Shown one piece after another: positions 6,455 through 16,397 of a DNA stretch of 44,638 nucleotides (its first letter is position 1; the number at the start of each line of letters is the position of its first letter). Made by a program: the position numbers and the translations under genes. The notes below the pieces were generated by a model. It was given only the letters and a program-made list of their open reading frames with translations. It did not search any database and was not told where the DNA came from. Source of the stretch: a virus (lineage: Duplodnaviria > Caudoviricetes); IMG/VR virus record IMGVR_UViG_3300048579_000191, positions 1-44,638 of that record; one strand, 5' to 3'.

Positions 6455-8491
6455 TTATTTTGCCACTTTGGATAACAGCCACAGCAGAAATAGTATGACC
6501 GGGATGCTCAGCCATTTAAGCCAGACTACAAGCGCTCCCACTACTCCAAGTAGTACGACTGCGCCGACCAGTCCTGCAGCCTTGCTACTGGGTGCCTGCG
6601 CTGTTCCTGGAGTGGGATTTGGCTGCTTGCTCGTCCGAGAGGGACCACCGGATGTCGGGTTGGTCTGTCTCGATGTCCTGCTGGAAGCATTCGATTTCGG
6701 CCACGCCCAGCCGCCATTCTGTGTCGATGAAGCCACGGTAGGCTTGGCTGCTAATCTACCTTGCTCCCGCGCCGCTGTTTGTGCACTAAACGCCAATCGC
6801 TTCAGTTCGTTTGTACGAGCGCATTGTGGACAAACAAGACGTCTTCCAGCGGATTGTTTTTGTTCCAACTCTTGCTTGTGGATTTTGAAAGCTTTTCCGC
6901 AGCCAGTCTCAGAGCAGACTGCGTCTACCGCGTCTCCGGCCGCAATCTTCAGGCCGGTCGGGAATATCTCGGTCGTGGTGTAGCCAACCTCAAGCAGCCT
7001 TCGATACTCGGTCAGCAGGGGGAGCCAAAAAGAAATTGGATGACGTTTCCCTTCTTTGAACGTCTGGTGAAATGCTTCCTTCACCTTGAAAGGCAGATGA
7101 CTCCAGATAAAACGCCAAGGGCCGGACGCAACATTCTTGCTTCTATGCTCTTCCCCGAATGGGTATGGAAACTCACCTTGCATGATATTCTGTGCTTGAG
7201 ACTCTCCACCCTGCTGTGAGTAAGGAGGCTTCCCAGGAAGCAGGATCATGAATAGCATAGTTGCTACTGAAAATAGTTCAGCTTCCTTGGTTTTGAGCTT
7301 GCTGTACTCTCCCTGAGCCAAGACTTCTGGCGCCGAGAAGTTCACAGTTCCGACCGGACATGGAAAGCCTTCGATCTGGTAGCTATCAACATCAACGAAG
7401 TAGACATCCGAACCGTCGCCAGTTACTAGGCAATTCAGCGGGTTGATATCACCAACCAAGACGTTGATTGAGTGAAGAAATTCGATCTTTCTTAAAAATG
7501 ATATGCATATGTTAACAAGGTTCTTTCTGTCCCAGTTGGGAAACTTCTTTTCAAGAAGTGGCTTGGTAAACACCGACTTTTGTAGCGGCTGACCTAGAGC
7601 CGCAGGCATCGTATAGCCGATGAACTCACCTGCCGCATTTGACAACAAATCCTTGGGCCAGCATATTCCGTCAAAAATGATATCTCGAGACGTCATGAGT
7701 TCCAATTTTGCGAGGCGCCGTTTTGTGATCTTTTCGGGAAAGTAGATTTTCGCGACTTGCGTGCTGTCTTTGATTCTGAAAACTTCTCCTTCACCCCCTT
7801 TACCGACCGATTCCCCGAGCGTAATCATCTTCCCATTCGATCGCAAAATTGCTATTTCGCCACTGGCCGAAATGCGGCTTGTGGGAATTATCTCATCGGA
7901 TATTGTCGAGACTGACGCAGCCAGTTGAAATGGCCTAACCTTGGGCATCGAAAGTTCGACCCTGCGTGACCCCTGAGCATCGTCTTGTTGTTCCTTTGGG
8001 CGCTTGGGGATGTTTGGCGTCCAAATCACTGCTCGGATGCCCTCCAGCTCGGCCGCTACCTTGTTGGGGCCATCTCGGGTTACCAAAATGAAGTCGTAGT
8101 CCTTCGCAACCTCTCGAATCTTGGAGTCGTTGTTGCTAACCGTCCCAAAGGTCGTGCGCGAAATAAGAAACAAGAACGCACCGTTCAGGTTGTACCTGAA
8201 AAATTGATCGCCGTCTTTTGGGGTGGTCCCATCGGGGAAGCATGCGACGGGCTCCGGGCTTACATTTTTCAGCCACTGAAAGATTCTCTTGATGTTGTCT
8301 TTCTCGGGTTGACGCTCTTGCTTCTTCTTTTGATAGTCAAGCTCATCAAGAATTGTCTTTGTTATGACAGGAAAACCAATTGCGTTTGCGCGTGAGATCA
8401 CGTCCGCATCCAACATAAGAACGCAAGTATCTAAGATGGCGCATTCTTTGGCGGGTTTGTTCTTGGTCACTTCCGCGCTGGGTCGCTGCAA
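6455..8491 (-). CDS. PIN domain - Ser/Thr kinase - Zn ribbon - TM fusion protein (TerY-P kinase variant)
   Basis: PIN: ILDTCVL, LDELD, NNDSKI, LVTRD. Kinase: GKGGEGEVF, VAKIY, GDINPLN, VDVDS. Zn ribbon: CSETGCGKAF...VCPQC. Ser/Thr/Pro linker and hydrophobic C-terminus. Start uncertain (TTG 8491 or GTG 8470). Confidence 0.85.
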   Translation of the reverse strand: MQRPSAEVTKNKPAKECAILDTCVLMLDADVISRANAIGFPVITKTILDELDYQKKKQERQPEKDNIKRIFQWLKNVSPEPVACFPDGTTPKDGDQFFRYNLNGAFLFLISRTTFGTVSNNDSKIREVAKDYDFILVTRDGPNKVAAELEGIRAVIWTPNIPKRPKEQQDDAQGSRRVELSMPKVRPFQLAASVSTISDEIIPTSRISASGEIAILRSNGKMITLGESVGKGGEGEVFRIKDSTQVAKIYFPEKITKRRLAKLELMTSRDIIFDGICWPKDLLSNAAGEFIGYTMPAALGQPLQKSVFTKPLLEKKFPNWDRKNLVNICISFLRKIEFLHSINVLVGDINPLNCLVTGDGSDVYFVDVDSYQIEGFPCPVGTVNFSAPEVLAQGEYSKLKTKEAELFSVATMLFMILLPGKPPYSQQGGESQAQNIMQGEFPYPFGEEHRSKNVASGPWRFIWSHLPFKVKEAFHQTFKEGKRHPISFWLPLLTEYRRLLEVGYTTTEIFPTGLKIAAGDAVDAVCSETGCGKAFKIHKQELEQKQSAGRRLVCPQCARTNELKRLAFSAQTAAREQGRLAAKPTVASSTQNGGWAWPKSNASSRTSRQTNPTSGGPSRTSKQPNPTPGTAQAPSSKAAGLVGAVVLLGVVGALVVWLKWLSIPVILFLLWLLSKVAK

Positions 8492-8770
8492 AACTCAAAA
8501 CTCCCAGAAGACTGCCCAAACATGATGCTACCGAAAATGCCACCCTTCACAAGGTGGAATGTGCGGTCGGACGTCTGAGTTGCTGGTTGATTCGTCCTTT
8601 GCGGCCGGGTGGTTGACAGATTTCGACGCTTTTCAAGTTTGAGTGTGAGCTTTGTCCAAGCACGCACTTATGAGTGCTGCGGTTCGCGCCTTCAGTCCGC
8701 ATTTGGGTGGCTGAACGCTTCTACGCCGAAGGCGCGATGCCGGAGGATGTAGGTCTGAAATGCAGCCCAG

Positions 8771-8962
8771 CTATCGGTTTCGCTTGTCCGCCACCGACCA
8801 CACGACCGACCCGATGGTGAGCAGCGCGCCGATGACCGGTTCGATATCGGAAGCCTGGACATACCCTTTGGCGACCAGTGCGGTGCCCGCGACGGTCAGA
8901 ATTTGGCGGATGAGGGCGAGGATTGCAGGTTTCAGCATGGTGTTCTCCAGTTCAGATTTCAT
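8771..8962 (-). CDS. Putative holin (two TM helices)
   Basis: Small hydrophobic protein with a basic C-terminus (DKRNR), directly after the endolysin. May start at ATG 8938. Confidence 0.75.
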   Translation of the reverse strand: MKSELENTMLKPAILALIRQILTVAGTALVAKGYVQASDIEPVIGALLTIGSVVWSVADKRNR

Positions 8963-9605
8963 TGGTGGTTGCGAGGAATTCGCCCGGCTTCATGGTCGGC
9001 AGGCGTTGGGGGCGGGGCGGATAGGTTGCGGGCCAGCGCGCGCCCAGAAGGCGTGACTTGGCGATCCGTGCGATGGTGACGGCATCGGATTGGTTGCCGC
9101 CCAGCACGTAGAAATGCGTGTCATCCTGGCCGACCGCGAAGCCGACGTGGCCGCCAGAACCGCGTTCGAAAATCAGCACCGCACCCGAGACGGGTTTGGT
9201 CTCCTGCCCGAGCAGCAGCCAGTTGCGCGCCCAATAGGGATTGGTGCCCAGCGCACCTAGCAGCGGCTCGTCGGGCAGGGCCATGCGGATGCAGGTTTCC
9301 ACGAAGTCGCCGCACCAGGGGTTTTTGCTGGGGTCGCCCAAGGAGCGGCCATCACGCTTCAGCCAGTCCATCAACCAGGACCGGTCGCGCGCTTCGTTGC
9401 GGCCCAGCGCGGTTTTCGCCTCGGTGATCCACGGTAGCGGGTCGGGCGGGGCCAAGGCGGCCGACCGTCCATTTGCGGACAGCAATTGCTTCAGCGCCCG
9501 TGCGGTGCGGACACCCCATTTGCCGTCGATGGCACCGGGGCTGTGGCCAAGTTTGTCCAACCCGCTCTGGATCAAGCGGATGGCGTCGGTCTGGTCGGTG
9601 GGCAT
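8952..9605 (-). CDS. Endolysin: peptidoglycan-binding domain + TIGR02594/CHAP-like peptidase
   Basis: PGAIDGKWGVRT PG-binding motif, PWCGDFV, GGHVGF, VLGGNQSDAV. Confidence 0.88.
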   Translation of the reverse strand: MPTDQTDAIRLIQSGLDKLGHSPGAIDGKWGVRTARALKQLLSANGRSAALAPPDPLPWITEAKTALGRNEARDRSWLMDWLKRDGRSLGDPSKNPWCGDFVETCIRMALPDEPLLGALGTNPYWARNWLLLGQETKPVSGAVLIFERGSGGHVGFAVGQDDTHFYVLGGNQSDAVTIARIAKSRLLGARWPATYPPRPQRLPTMKPGEFLATTNEI

Positions 9606-9637
9606 GGAAACGCTCCTTTTGCCCGGCTTTGGGCAAC

Positions 9638-9661
9638 AAAAAACCCGCCTCGGGGGCGGGT
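9638..9661 (-). terminator. Intrinsic terminator upstream of the endolysin
   Basis: Minus strand ACCCGCCCCCGAGGCGGGT followed by TTTTTG. Confidence 0.65.
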
Positions 9662-9692
9662 GGGGTGGGTCGATGTGGTGGTATGGTGATCG

Positions 9693-10001
9693 TCAGTCGG
9701 TGCGGCCGCGCTGGAAGGCTTCAAACATCACATCCCGCATGGCGCGAATGTCGGTTTCGATCCGTTCCAGCCGGTCGGCGTCAGCTTTGCGGTCATCGGC
9801 GCGCTGTTTGTCGGTGCGCTCCCGCTCGAGGTGCAGTTCCCGGTCGAGGCGTTCCAGCATCGCCTCGTTGGTAAAGGCTTTGCGGGTGACGGTGGCTGCA
9901 ATGGCCAGCGAGCCGCCGACAAGCGCGGTGATGGCAGCGGTCAGGCCGTTTTCGCGGAAGGCCTGGCCGACCTCCTGCAGGATGGTGGTGCGTTCGGTCA
10001 T
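9693..10001 (-). CDS. Phage membrane/coiled-coil protein of the lysis region
   Basis: One TM segment (GLTAAITALVGGSLAIAATV), then a charged coiled coil; GAAGGGA RBS. Confidence 0.75.
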   Translation of the reverse strand: MTERTTILQEVGQAFRENGLTAAITALVGGSLAIAATVTRKAFTNEAMLERLDRELHLERERTDKQRADDRKADADRLERIETDIRAMRDVMFEAFQRGRTD

Positions 10002-10011
10002 GATGGTCCCT

Positions 10012-11970
10012 TCAGTAATCGGTTTCGAGATAGAGGCCCGCGCAGTCGTATGCGACGGCGGCGGCAGTCGCGCCGGTGTTCAGGTACAGGCGCGGCGAGA
10101 GGAATTGCGTGTTGGCGGGCAGGTCGACGGTGATTTCCTGTTCAAAGACCGCGCCTGTGACTTCGTTCACTGCCCGGACCCAGACGGAGCTACCGTTCGG
10201 CGGGGCCGCGATGAACAGCGTCAGCACGCCGCCCAGCGCGATGGCGAAGGGCGCACCCATGTCGGTCAGGGTCGGCGCGCCGGTGCCGTCATTGGTGACC
10301 ATCTGCCAGTTGGCGTGGGTGCCGCGCTGGAAACCGATGCCGACCGCGTTGATCACTGCAGCCAGAGTCAGGTTGACGGCCAGCGCGGCGATGGAGCCGT
10401 AGAGACCGAAGAACCCCATGCCGGTGGCCTGCAGGGTCACTAGCGAGATCCGCGTGACATAGGTCCAGCCGCCGAGGCCAGCCGCATTTCCACGCCAGCA
10501 CGCCCACCCAGCCGAACGCTGTTCTGCCACCGAATCCACCACGGCCGCCGAGGTCAGACGCCAGCGCCGCATGGAGGCCGCGAGGTTGGTAGCGGCCAGC
10601 GTCGGATGCGACACGGTGCCGACGTTGGTGATGGGCAGACCCTCGGTGGTGATTGTGGTGGTGATCGACGGTGACCAGTTGGCAATCCGGTTCACCCCGA
10701 AATGCGGCTGCAGCGGGAAGTCCCGGCCCGAGGGCCGCATGACATCGATCCACGGCGCCCCGGCACGGTTGCGCGCATAGACCGAGGTCTTGCCCGAGGG
10801 TGGTGGGGTGGGGGCGGCGTTCAGCCCCGGCAGCACGGTCGGCTGGGGCAGTTCCACTTGGCCATTGGTGCGATCCACCACGATGGCATCGAAGAAGCTG
10901 GAGCCGTTGGGACTGACCTTGAAGCTGAAGTTGTCGTTGCCCAATAGCCCGATCAGGGCGCGCGCCGAAAACCCGGTCTTGAAGGCGAAGGCAGCATCGT
11001 TCCCCGCTGCCGCCTTGTTCACCGTGGCCTCGATCCCGGCGCCTGCGTTGTTCAAGAGCACCGCGGGCGTGTTCATCGACAGACGGTTGAAGCTGTCGGC
11101 GGTCGCGCCGCCGAGGCCGAAAAGCTGCGCCGTCAGGTTCGCCTGCGGCATGCCGACCTGTGTGACGGCATTGGCGAAGGTGACCGTGGGCGTGTTCACG
11201 ACCGTCGTGCCGCCGGCCCCAGCCGTCGCCGAGCCGATGTTGACGACGGTGGTCGATCCGGACGCGCCGCCGGTGCCAAGGTTCAGAGTCTTGGTCACGC
11301 CGGTCGGATTGACCCCCGTGCCCATCCCATAGGTCGCGGCCGTGATGGCGGTGCCGATCGAGGCCGCCGCCGCGGAAACCGTAACAGTCCCCGAGGCGGT
11401 CAGCGTGCCACTGATGGACACCGCGCCCGATGCGGTCAGCGAACCCGAGAAGGTCTTGTTGCCGCTGAAGGTCTGAGTGCCCGCAAGGATCGCCAGTTCT
11501 GAAGAGGTGTTCGGCAGGGCGAACGTCCGGGTCGTGCCGGTCGTGATCCCCGACAGCGAGAACAGCGCCTGCTTGGTCGGGTCGGCATCGTTCACCAGGC
11601 TGAAGACGGCATCCGACACATCGACCGGTTCGCCGACCAGATCCCAGGCCGATCCATTCCAGACGACAAAGGCCTGTTCCGCCGCGATCCATGCCAGCCA
11701 ACCCGGACGCGGCACCAACCGCATCCAGACTCCGTCGACCCAGAAGGCGATGTTCAGATCCCAGCCAGCCCACAGGCCTGTCGCGCCCGATGCCACAATA
11801 TGCCGGTCGCCATCGGTCGGGCTGACGGGTGGGGTGGTGCGGGTTCGGTCGAGGACCGACAGCTGGACCATGGCATCCAGCAGGCGCAGCGCGTCGTTGT
11901 GGGTGACATGCTTTTGCGCCTGCGATGCCAGGATGTAGGGCAGCAGGAGATGGGTGGTGATATCGGACAT
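10012..11970 (-). CDS. DUF2793-containing tail fibre protein
   Basis: N-terminal LPYILASQAQKHVTHNDALRLLDAMVQLSV...GDRHIVASGATGLWAGWD, Thr/Gly-rich shaft, located after the baseplate gene. Confidence 0.85.
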   Translation of the reverse strand: MSDITTHLLLPYILASQAQKHVTHNDALRLLDAMVQLSVLDRTRTTPPVSPTDGDRHIVASGATGLWAGWDLNIAFWVDGVWMRLVPRPGWLAWIAAEQAFVVWNGSAWDLVGEPVDVSDAVFSLVNDADPTKQALFSLSGITTGTTRTFALPNTSSELAILAGTQTFSGNKTFSGSLTASGAVSISGTLTASGTVTVSAAAASIGTAITAATYGMGTGVNPTGVTKTLNLGTGGASGSTTVVNIGSATAGAGGTTVVNTPTVTFANAVTQVGMPQANLTAQLFGLGGATADSFNRLSMNTPAVLLNNAGAGIEATVNKAAAGNDAAFAFKTGFSARALIGLLGNDNFSFKVSPNGSSFFDAIVVDRTNGQVELPQPTVLPGLNAAPTPPPSGKTSVYARNRAGAPWIDVMRPSGRDFPLQPHFGVNRIANWSPSITTTITTEGLPITNVGTVSHPTLAATNLAASMRRWRLTSAAVVDSVAEQRSAGWACWRGNAAGLGGWTYVTRISLVTLQATGMGFFGLYGSIAALAVNLTLAAVINAVGIGFQRGTHANWQMVTNDGTGAPTLTDMGAPFAIALGGVLTLFIAAPPNGSSVWVRAVNEVTGAVFEQEITVDLPANTQFLSPRLYLNTGATAAAVAYDCAGLYLETDY

Positions 11971-11980
11971 GGATGCGCTT

Positions 11981-14900
11981 TCAGAATGTGAGCGTGACGG
12001 ATCTCGCAGCGCCCCGGCCGATCAGGGCGGAGAGCTGGAAGATGCGTATGGTGAGGGATTGGCCCGGAACTAAGGGCGCGCCCCAATCGGAAGTCTGCTG
12101 AGTGGCGGTGTAGAGGACGCCTGTCGTCGTGGTGTTCAGCAGGCGCTTGACGGTACTGCCATCACGGATTTCCACTTCATAGGCTTCACTGTCCTCAGCT
12201 AGCGGCACATCGCCAGCGCCCCAGGTGTCTGCGGCAAGGGATCGCGACCGGCGCGTCCAGCGGATGGTCAGATCGCCTGGGCTGCGTGCCGTGCGCCACG
12301 GCTGCTCGACATGGGCGACGGAGAAGGGCCGCAACCCAGCGCCCTCTGGGGTGAAACTGGTGGCGACAAAGGTCTCGTCGCTGACCGGCTTTGCGGCGGG
12401 GCCAATGCGCCAGTTCCATGGCAAACCAAGGTCGGCTTCGGAGATCGGCAGGCTGGCTAGGGTTATATCCAGCACCACCACCCGCGCGCCGGTCGGCACC
12501 ACGCTGACCATCGCTCCTTCCGTTCCGCGTTGGCCGCGCAGCAGGCGCGTCAGCCTGTATCGCCCAAGTGCGATCAGTTCGGCCGTGCCCGCCTGGACAA
12601 TTTCCCATTGCTCAGCGCCGGTCTCGACAGCCAGCGCGTTGGCCCCACCGAGCAAGGCAATGTCCGTGACGCTCTCCAGCGTGCCGGAATAGAGATCGAC
12701 CACCAGTGCATTGCCCAGATCAAAGCGCGACACAGGTCCAGCGTAGAAATCCTCAGCCAGCACACCCATGCGCGCCCGCGAGCTGAAGGTGGTCAACAGT
12801 GTGAAGCCGTCGGTCGCGGCACTGCGGTAGACCGCGATTTCGCCTGGCCACGGTTTGGCATGCGCTGCGATCATGGGCCTATGCGCAGGTTGATCCTCAC
12901 GCAACTGTGGCAGGTCCAGCAGCACGATGTCGGGTGCACCGAATACCGTCGGCGTCGACAAGGACGCAGGTCGCGGCTCTCCCGGCGGCAAGTCATAGAC
13001 CGCCCGGTCCTGGCGCACGGCGTCGACACTGCGCAGGTCGGAGTCCGCGATGGACACCAGGCGCATTTCCGTCAGGCGGCCATCGTGGTCGAGCAGGATC
13101 ACATCGCAGGGATCCAGCGCCAGTCGCGAAGGCGGCAGGCGGAACACGGCACTTTCGCGGCCAATCCATGCCTCCATCAGCGCGCGACGGCAGCGGCGCT
13201 CGGCTTCTTCCGGTGGGATCGCCATCGGTAAGGACTCGGACGCGATGCGGGTGGTGTCGACGGTGATGCGGCGCGCCTCGACCTGTGCCGCGTCATAATC
13301 CTCGTCGGCCCGCGCGACCTGCCATTTCAAGGCCTGCGGCAGTTCGGTTTCCTGCGCCCGAGTCAGTTCCATCACATCGCCCTGCGCAGAGGCGGGGGCC
13401 ACCATTCCATCCGGGGTGATCGTGGCACCGGCAATTCGGCCGCGCATCAGGAACTTGATGCGCCCTTCGCTCTCGACAGCATCGAAGCCGAAATGCCGGG
13501 CGAGTGTGGAAATTGACGCGCGTGGGGCTTCAAGCGCCGAGATCACATAGCCCTCGACCGCACCCCAGAGGCCGGAGACGTCGATCAATTCTGCGGGCAT
13601 TCCGGCGCGGAGACAAAGGTGGCGGACCAGTGCCGCCAGCGATACTGCGCCCAGCCGCCCGGTCAGCCAGTGGCCCAGCCGCCAGTTCGGGCCATCAGTC
13701 CAGACATCGGTCAGTTCGGGAAAGAACGGATAAGGCCGTGCGTCCCATGTCCAGGCGGCGCATTCGGGCATATGGACCATGCGATTGCCGTAGACCGAGG
13801 ACACCGGGTTGTTCGCCGACGTGCCCCAGAATAGAAAACTGGCTTCCAGATAGGCCCGCTGGATCGCATCGTCGCGCCATCCGCGCGAGAAGTAGGGCGT
13901 GAAGCTTTCCGAGGATTTTGGGTCGAAGAACACGTTCGGCTGATTGGTGCCGCGGTCAATCGCCGGGCAACCCAGTTCGGTGAACCAGACGGGTTTCGAC
14001 TGCGGCACCCATGCCGTCGGCGTACCGCTTTCGGCCCCGCCGGGCCGGTTGAAATGCGGGTTTTGCCACCAGGCGCGTAGATCCTTGAAGCGGAAGACCC
14101 ATGGTTTGGCCGCCGCACCATCGGTGATCGGCGTGCGGTTCTGCGCGGTTCGATCAAGGGCGGTGGCATAGAACCAGTCGAAGCCTTCGCCGCCGGTGGT
14201 GTTGGATTGCAAATAGGCCCGGTCATAGATCGCCGGGGCCAGGCTCGCATCGGCATGATCGAAGCCGTCGCGCCAATCCGACAGCGGCATGTAGTTATCG
14301 ATGCCGATGAAGTTGATGTTGGCGTCCGACCAAAGCGGGTCGAGGTGGAAGAAGACATCGCCCGACCCATCGTTGGGATGGTGACCGAAGTATTCCGACC
14401 AGTCGGCGGCATAGCCGATCTTGGGCCCAGCGCCGAGGATCGCGCGCACATCGGCAGCGAGGGATTTGAACGCGGTCACCGCAGGATAGGTGCTGGCGCC
14501 CGACCGAATGGTGGTGAGACCGGGCATTTCCGAGCCGATCAGGAAGGCATCGACGCCCCCGGCCGATTTGCACAGATGCGCGTAGTGCAGGATCATGCGG
14601 CGCAGCGACCATTCCCCGACTGGGCCGGTCCAGCTGACAGAGGTGCCCGACACGGCGAAGTTGGCGGGTGTTGCCGTGCCGAACAGCGCCGATACTTGGG
14701 TGGCAGCGGTGGCGGTCTTGTCCACCGATCCTGCAAAACCCGCAGCCGGAGAACAGGTGATGCGCCCGCGCCAGGGGAAAGTCGGCTGGCCAGAGGTGGC
14801 GGCATTGGCGCTGTAGGGGTTCGGCTTGGTGTTGCCGGGCGGGACGTCCAGCAGCAAGAAGGGATAGAAGGTCACGCGCAACCCGCGCGCCTTCATCTCC

Positions 14901-15952
14901 TGGATCGCTTGTACCACGGCGAAGTCAGCTGGCGTGCCGCCATAGACCGGACGGTCTTCAGCATCGCGGCTGACCAGAACCGCATCTGCGCGTGCGACAC
15001 CGTTCACGGACCAAGCCGAGGGCGTCGTGGTCTTGGTGGACACCTCGACGCCCGGCCGCACCTTGCAGTTCCCGGCGCGCAGATCGTCGCCGAACCAGGC
15101 CACGACCAGGCTGACGCTTTCCACAGCAGGGGCCAAGGATTGCAGCCGGTCCAGCGCCACGACGATGTCAGCGGTGTCGGTGATCGCGTTCAGGTTCTCG
15201 GCCACGGTCGTCCCACCGGAGCCGGTGGTCTTCTTGACCGGAGCGGTCGCATAGGTGAATTCGCCTGATGCCGGGATCATCGTCACAGCCTTCACCAGCC
15301 CTTCGGCGGTGTCGGGATCGGCCAGCGGGCGGAACACCTCGAGACTGATCTGCGGCAGACGATTGCCGAACGCGCTGAGGTTCAGTTCTTCGAACACGAC
15401 GTAGGCGGTGCCGCGATAGGCCGGGGTGTTGGCTGCGCCCATCTTGGCGGAGATGAATGGGTCCGGGCCTTGAACCTCGTTGCCCGGATACCAGCGCCAG
15501 GTGACCCCGGTCATATCCATTGCTTTGCCGTCGGCCCAGACGCGGCCAATCCCGGTGATCTCGCCCTCGCACAACGCGACTGCGAAGCTGGCGAAGTAGA
15601 GGTATTCGGTCGTCGTGACCTTAGGCCCGCTGCCCTTGCCGCCGCCTTGGCTGGTGGTGTTTACCTCCTCGCGGAAATCCGTGGCCCAGATGATGTTGCC
15701 ACCGATCCGCATGCGACCGAACAGGCGTGGGATCACCGCGCCTTCGGTTGAGGACGTGATGCGCAGGCTGTCGAGCCGCGCGCCCTCGATGCGCTGTGCC
15801 GGGGCCAGCGACGAGACGATCCAGTTGTCGACGACCGACCCGATGGTCGAGCCGATGAAGCCACCGATGGCGGCACCGGAAAAGCCGAGGATGGCCCCGC
15901 CAAATGCGCCGCCAATCGCGGAGCCGACGGCACCGAGAACAAGAGTTGCCAT
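11981..15952 (-). CDS. Baseplate multidomain 'megatron' protein (RcGTA g15-like)
   Basis: 1323 aa. GRMRIGGNIIWA, PAYRGTAYVVFE, and the GTA TIM-barrel motifs YAADWSEY and GIDNYMPLSDWRDG. Confidence 0.93.
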   Translation of the reverse strand: MATLVLGAVGSAIGGAFGGAILGFSGAAIGGFIGSTIGSVVDNWIVSSLAPAQRIEGARLDSLRITSSTEGAVIPRLFGRMRIGGNIIWATDFREEVNTTSQGGGKGSGPKVTTTEYLYFASFAVALCEGEITGIGRVWADGKAMDMTGVTWRWYPGNEVQGPDPFISAKMGAANTPAYRGTAYVVFEELNLSAFGNRLPQISLEVFRPLADPDTAEGLVKAVTMIPASGEFTYATAPVKKTTGSGGTTVAENLNAITDTADIVVALDRLQSLAPAVESVSLVVAWFGDDLRAGNCKVRPGVEVSTKTTTPSAWSVNGVARADAVLVSRDAEDRPVYGGTPADFAVVQAIQEMKARGLRVTFYPFLLLDVPPGNTKPNPYSANAATSGQPTFPWRGRITCSPAAGFAGSVDKTATAATQVSALFGTATPANFAVSGTSVSWTGPVGEWSLRRMILHYAHLCKSAGGVDAFLIGSEMPGLTTIRSGASTYPAVTAFKSLAADVRAILGAGPKIGYAADWSEYFGHHPNDGSGDVFFHLDPLWSDANINFIGIDNYMPLSDWRDGFDHADASLAPAIYDRAYLQSNTTGGEGFDWFYATALDRTAQNRTPITDGAAAKPWVFRFKDLRAWWQNPHFNRPGGAESGTPTAWVPQSKPVWFTELGCPAIDRGTNQPNVFFDPKSSESFTPYFSRGWRDDAIQRAYLEASFLFWGTSANNPVSSVYGNRMVHMPECAAWTWDARPYPFFPELTDVWTDGPNWRLGHWLTGRLGAVSLAALVRHLCLRAGMPAELIDVSGLWGAVEGYVISALEAPRASISTLARHFGFDAVESEGRIKFLMRGRIAGATITPDGMVAPASAQGDVMELTRAQETELPQALKWQVARADEDYDAAQVEARRITVDTTRIASESLPMAIPPEEAERRCRRALMEAWIGRESAVFRLPPSRLALDPCDVILLDHDGRLTEMRLVSIADSDLRSVDAVRQDRAVYDLPPGEPRPASLSTPTVFGAPDIVLLDLPQLREDQPAHRPMIAAHAKPWPGEIAVYRSAATDGFTLLTTFSSRARMGVLAEDFYAGPVSRFDLGNALVVDLYSGTLESVTDIALLGGANALAVETGAEQWEIVQAGTAELIALGRYRLTRLLRGQRGTEGAMVSVVPTGARVVVLDITLASLPISEADLGLPWNWRIGPAAKPVSDETFVATSFTPEGAGLRPFSVAHVEQPWRTARSPGDLTIRWTRRSRSLAADTWGAGDVPLAEDSEAYEVEIRDGSTVKRLLNTTTTGVLYTATQQTSDWGAPLVPGQSLTIRIFQLSALIGRGAARSVTLTF

Positions 15953-15962
15953 GTCTGGGGTC

Positions 15963-16397
15963 TCAATCTCTGGGGAACAGGAAGGCGAAGGCGATCTTGC
16001 GCGCCCATGTCGGGGTCAGGATTTCCTCGACGACACCGAGCCGTTCATAGGCGTGGACGAAACGGTCGGGGGCGGTCAGGATACCGACGTGCTTGGCGAT
16101 GGCGCGCGGGGTCATGCGGAATAGGACAAGTGCACCCGGACCAGTTTCGGTGACGACGATTTCAGGCATCATTGACCTTGCGCCTTCGGCCAGCACCTCG
16201 CGGGGGCCAGTCTCGCCCCAATCCCGACTGTAAGGTGGGATCGGGAAAGGCTCATTGCCCACGACCTCGCGCCAGACGCCGCGCGCCAGGCCAAGGCAAT
16301 CGCAGCCGATGCCGCGCAGACTGGCCTGATCATGGTAAGGCGTGCCGAGCCAAGACCGCGCGACGGCAATGACCAAGTCGGGATCGGCGGTGATCAC
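15963..16397 (-). CDS. NlpC/P60 tail peptidase (RcGTA g14-like)
   Basis: ARSWLGTPYHDQ, GCDCLGL, AKHVGI. Confidence 0.92.
   Translation of the reverse strand: MITADPDLVIAVARSWLGTPYHDQASLRGIGCDCLGLARGVWREVVGNEPFPIPPYSRDWGETGPREVLAEGARSMMPEIVVTETGPGALVLFRMTPRAIAKHVGILTAPDRFVHAYERLGVVEEILTPTWARKIAFAFLFPRD

Noticed and set aside
11380-11452. 36-nt imperfect tandem repeat in the tail fibre (SGSLTASGAVSI / SGTLTASGTVTV)
   Set aside because: Ordinary fibre-shaft repeat with no sign of a variation mechanism.
10289-11773. 494-aa same-strand alternative-frame ORF in the tail fibre gene
   Set aside because: Arg/His-rich sequence typical of an off-frame GC-rich read; unlike the MTase case it has no motif and no translational coupling.
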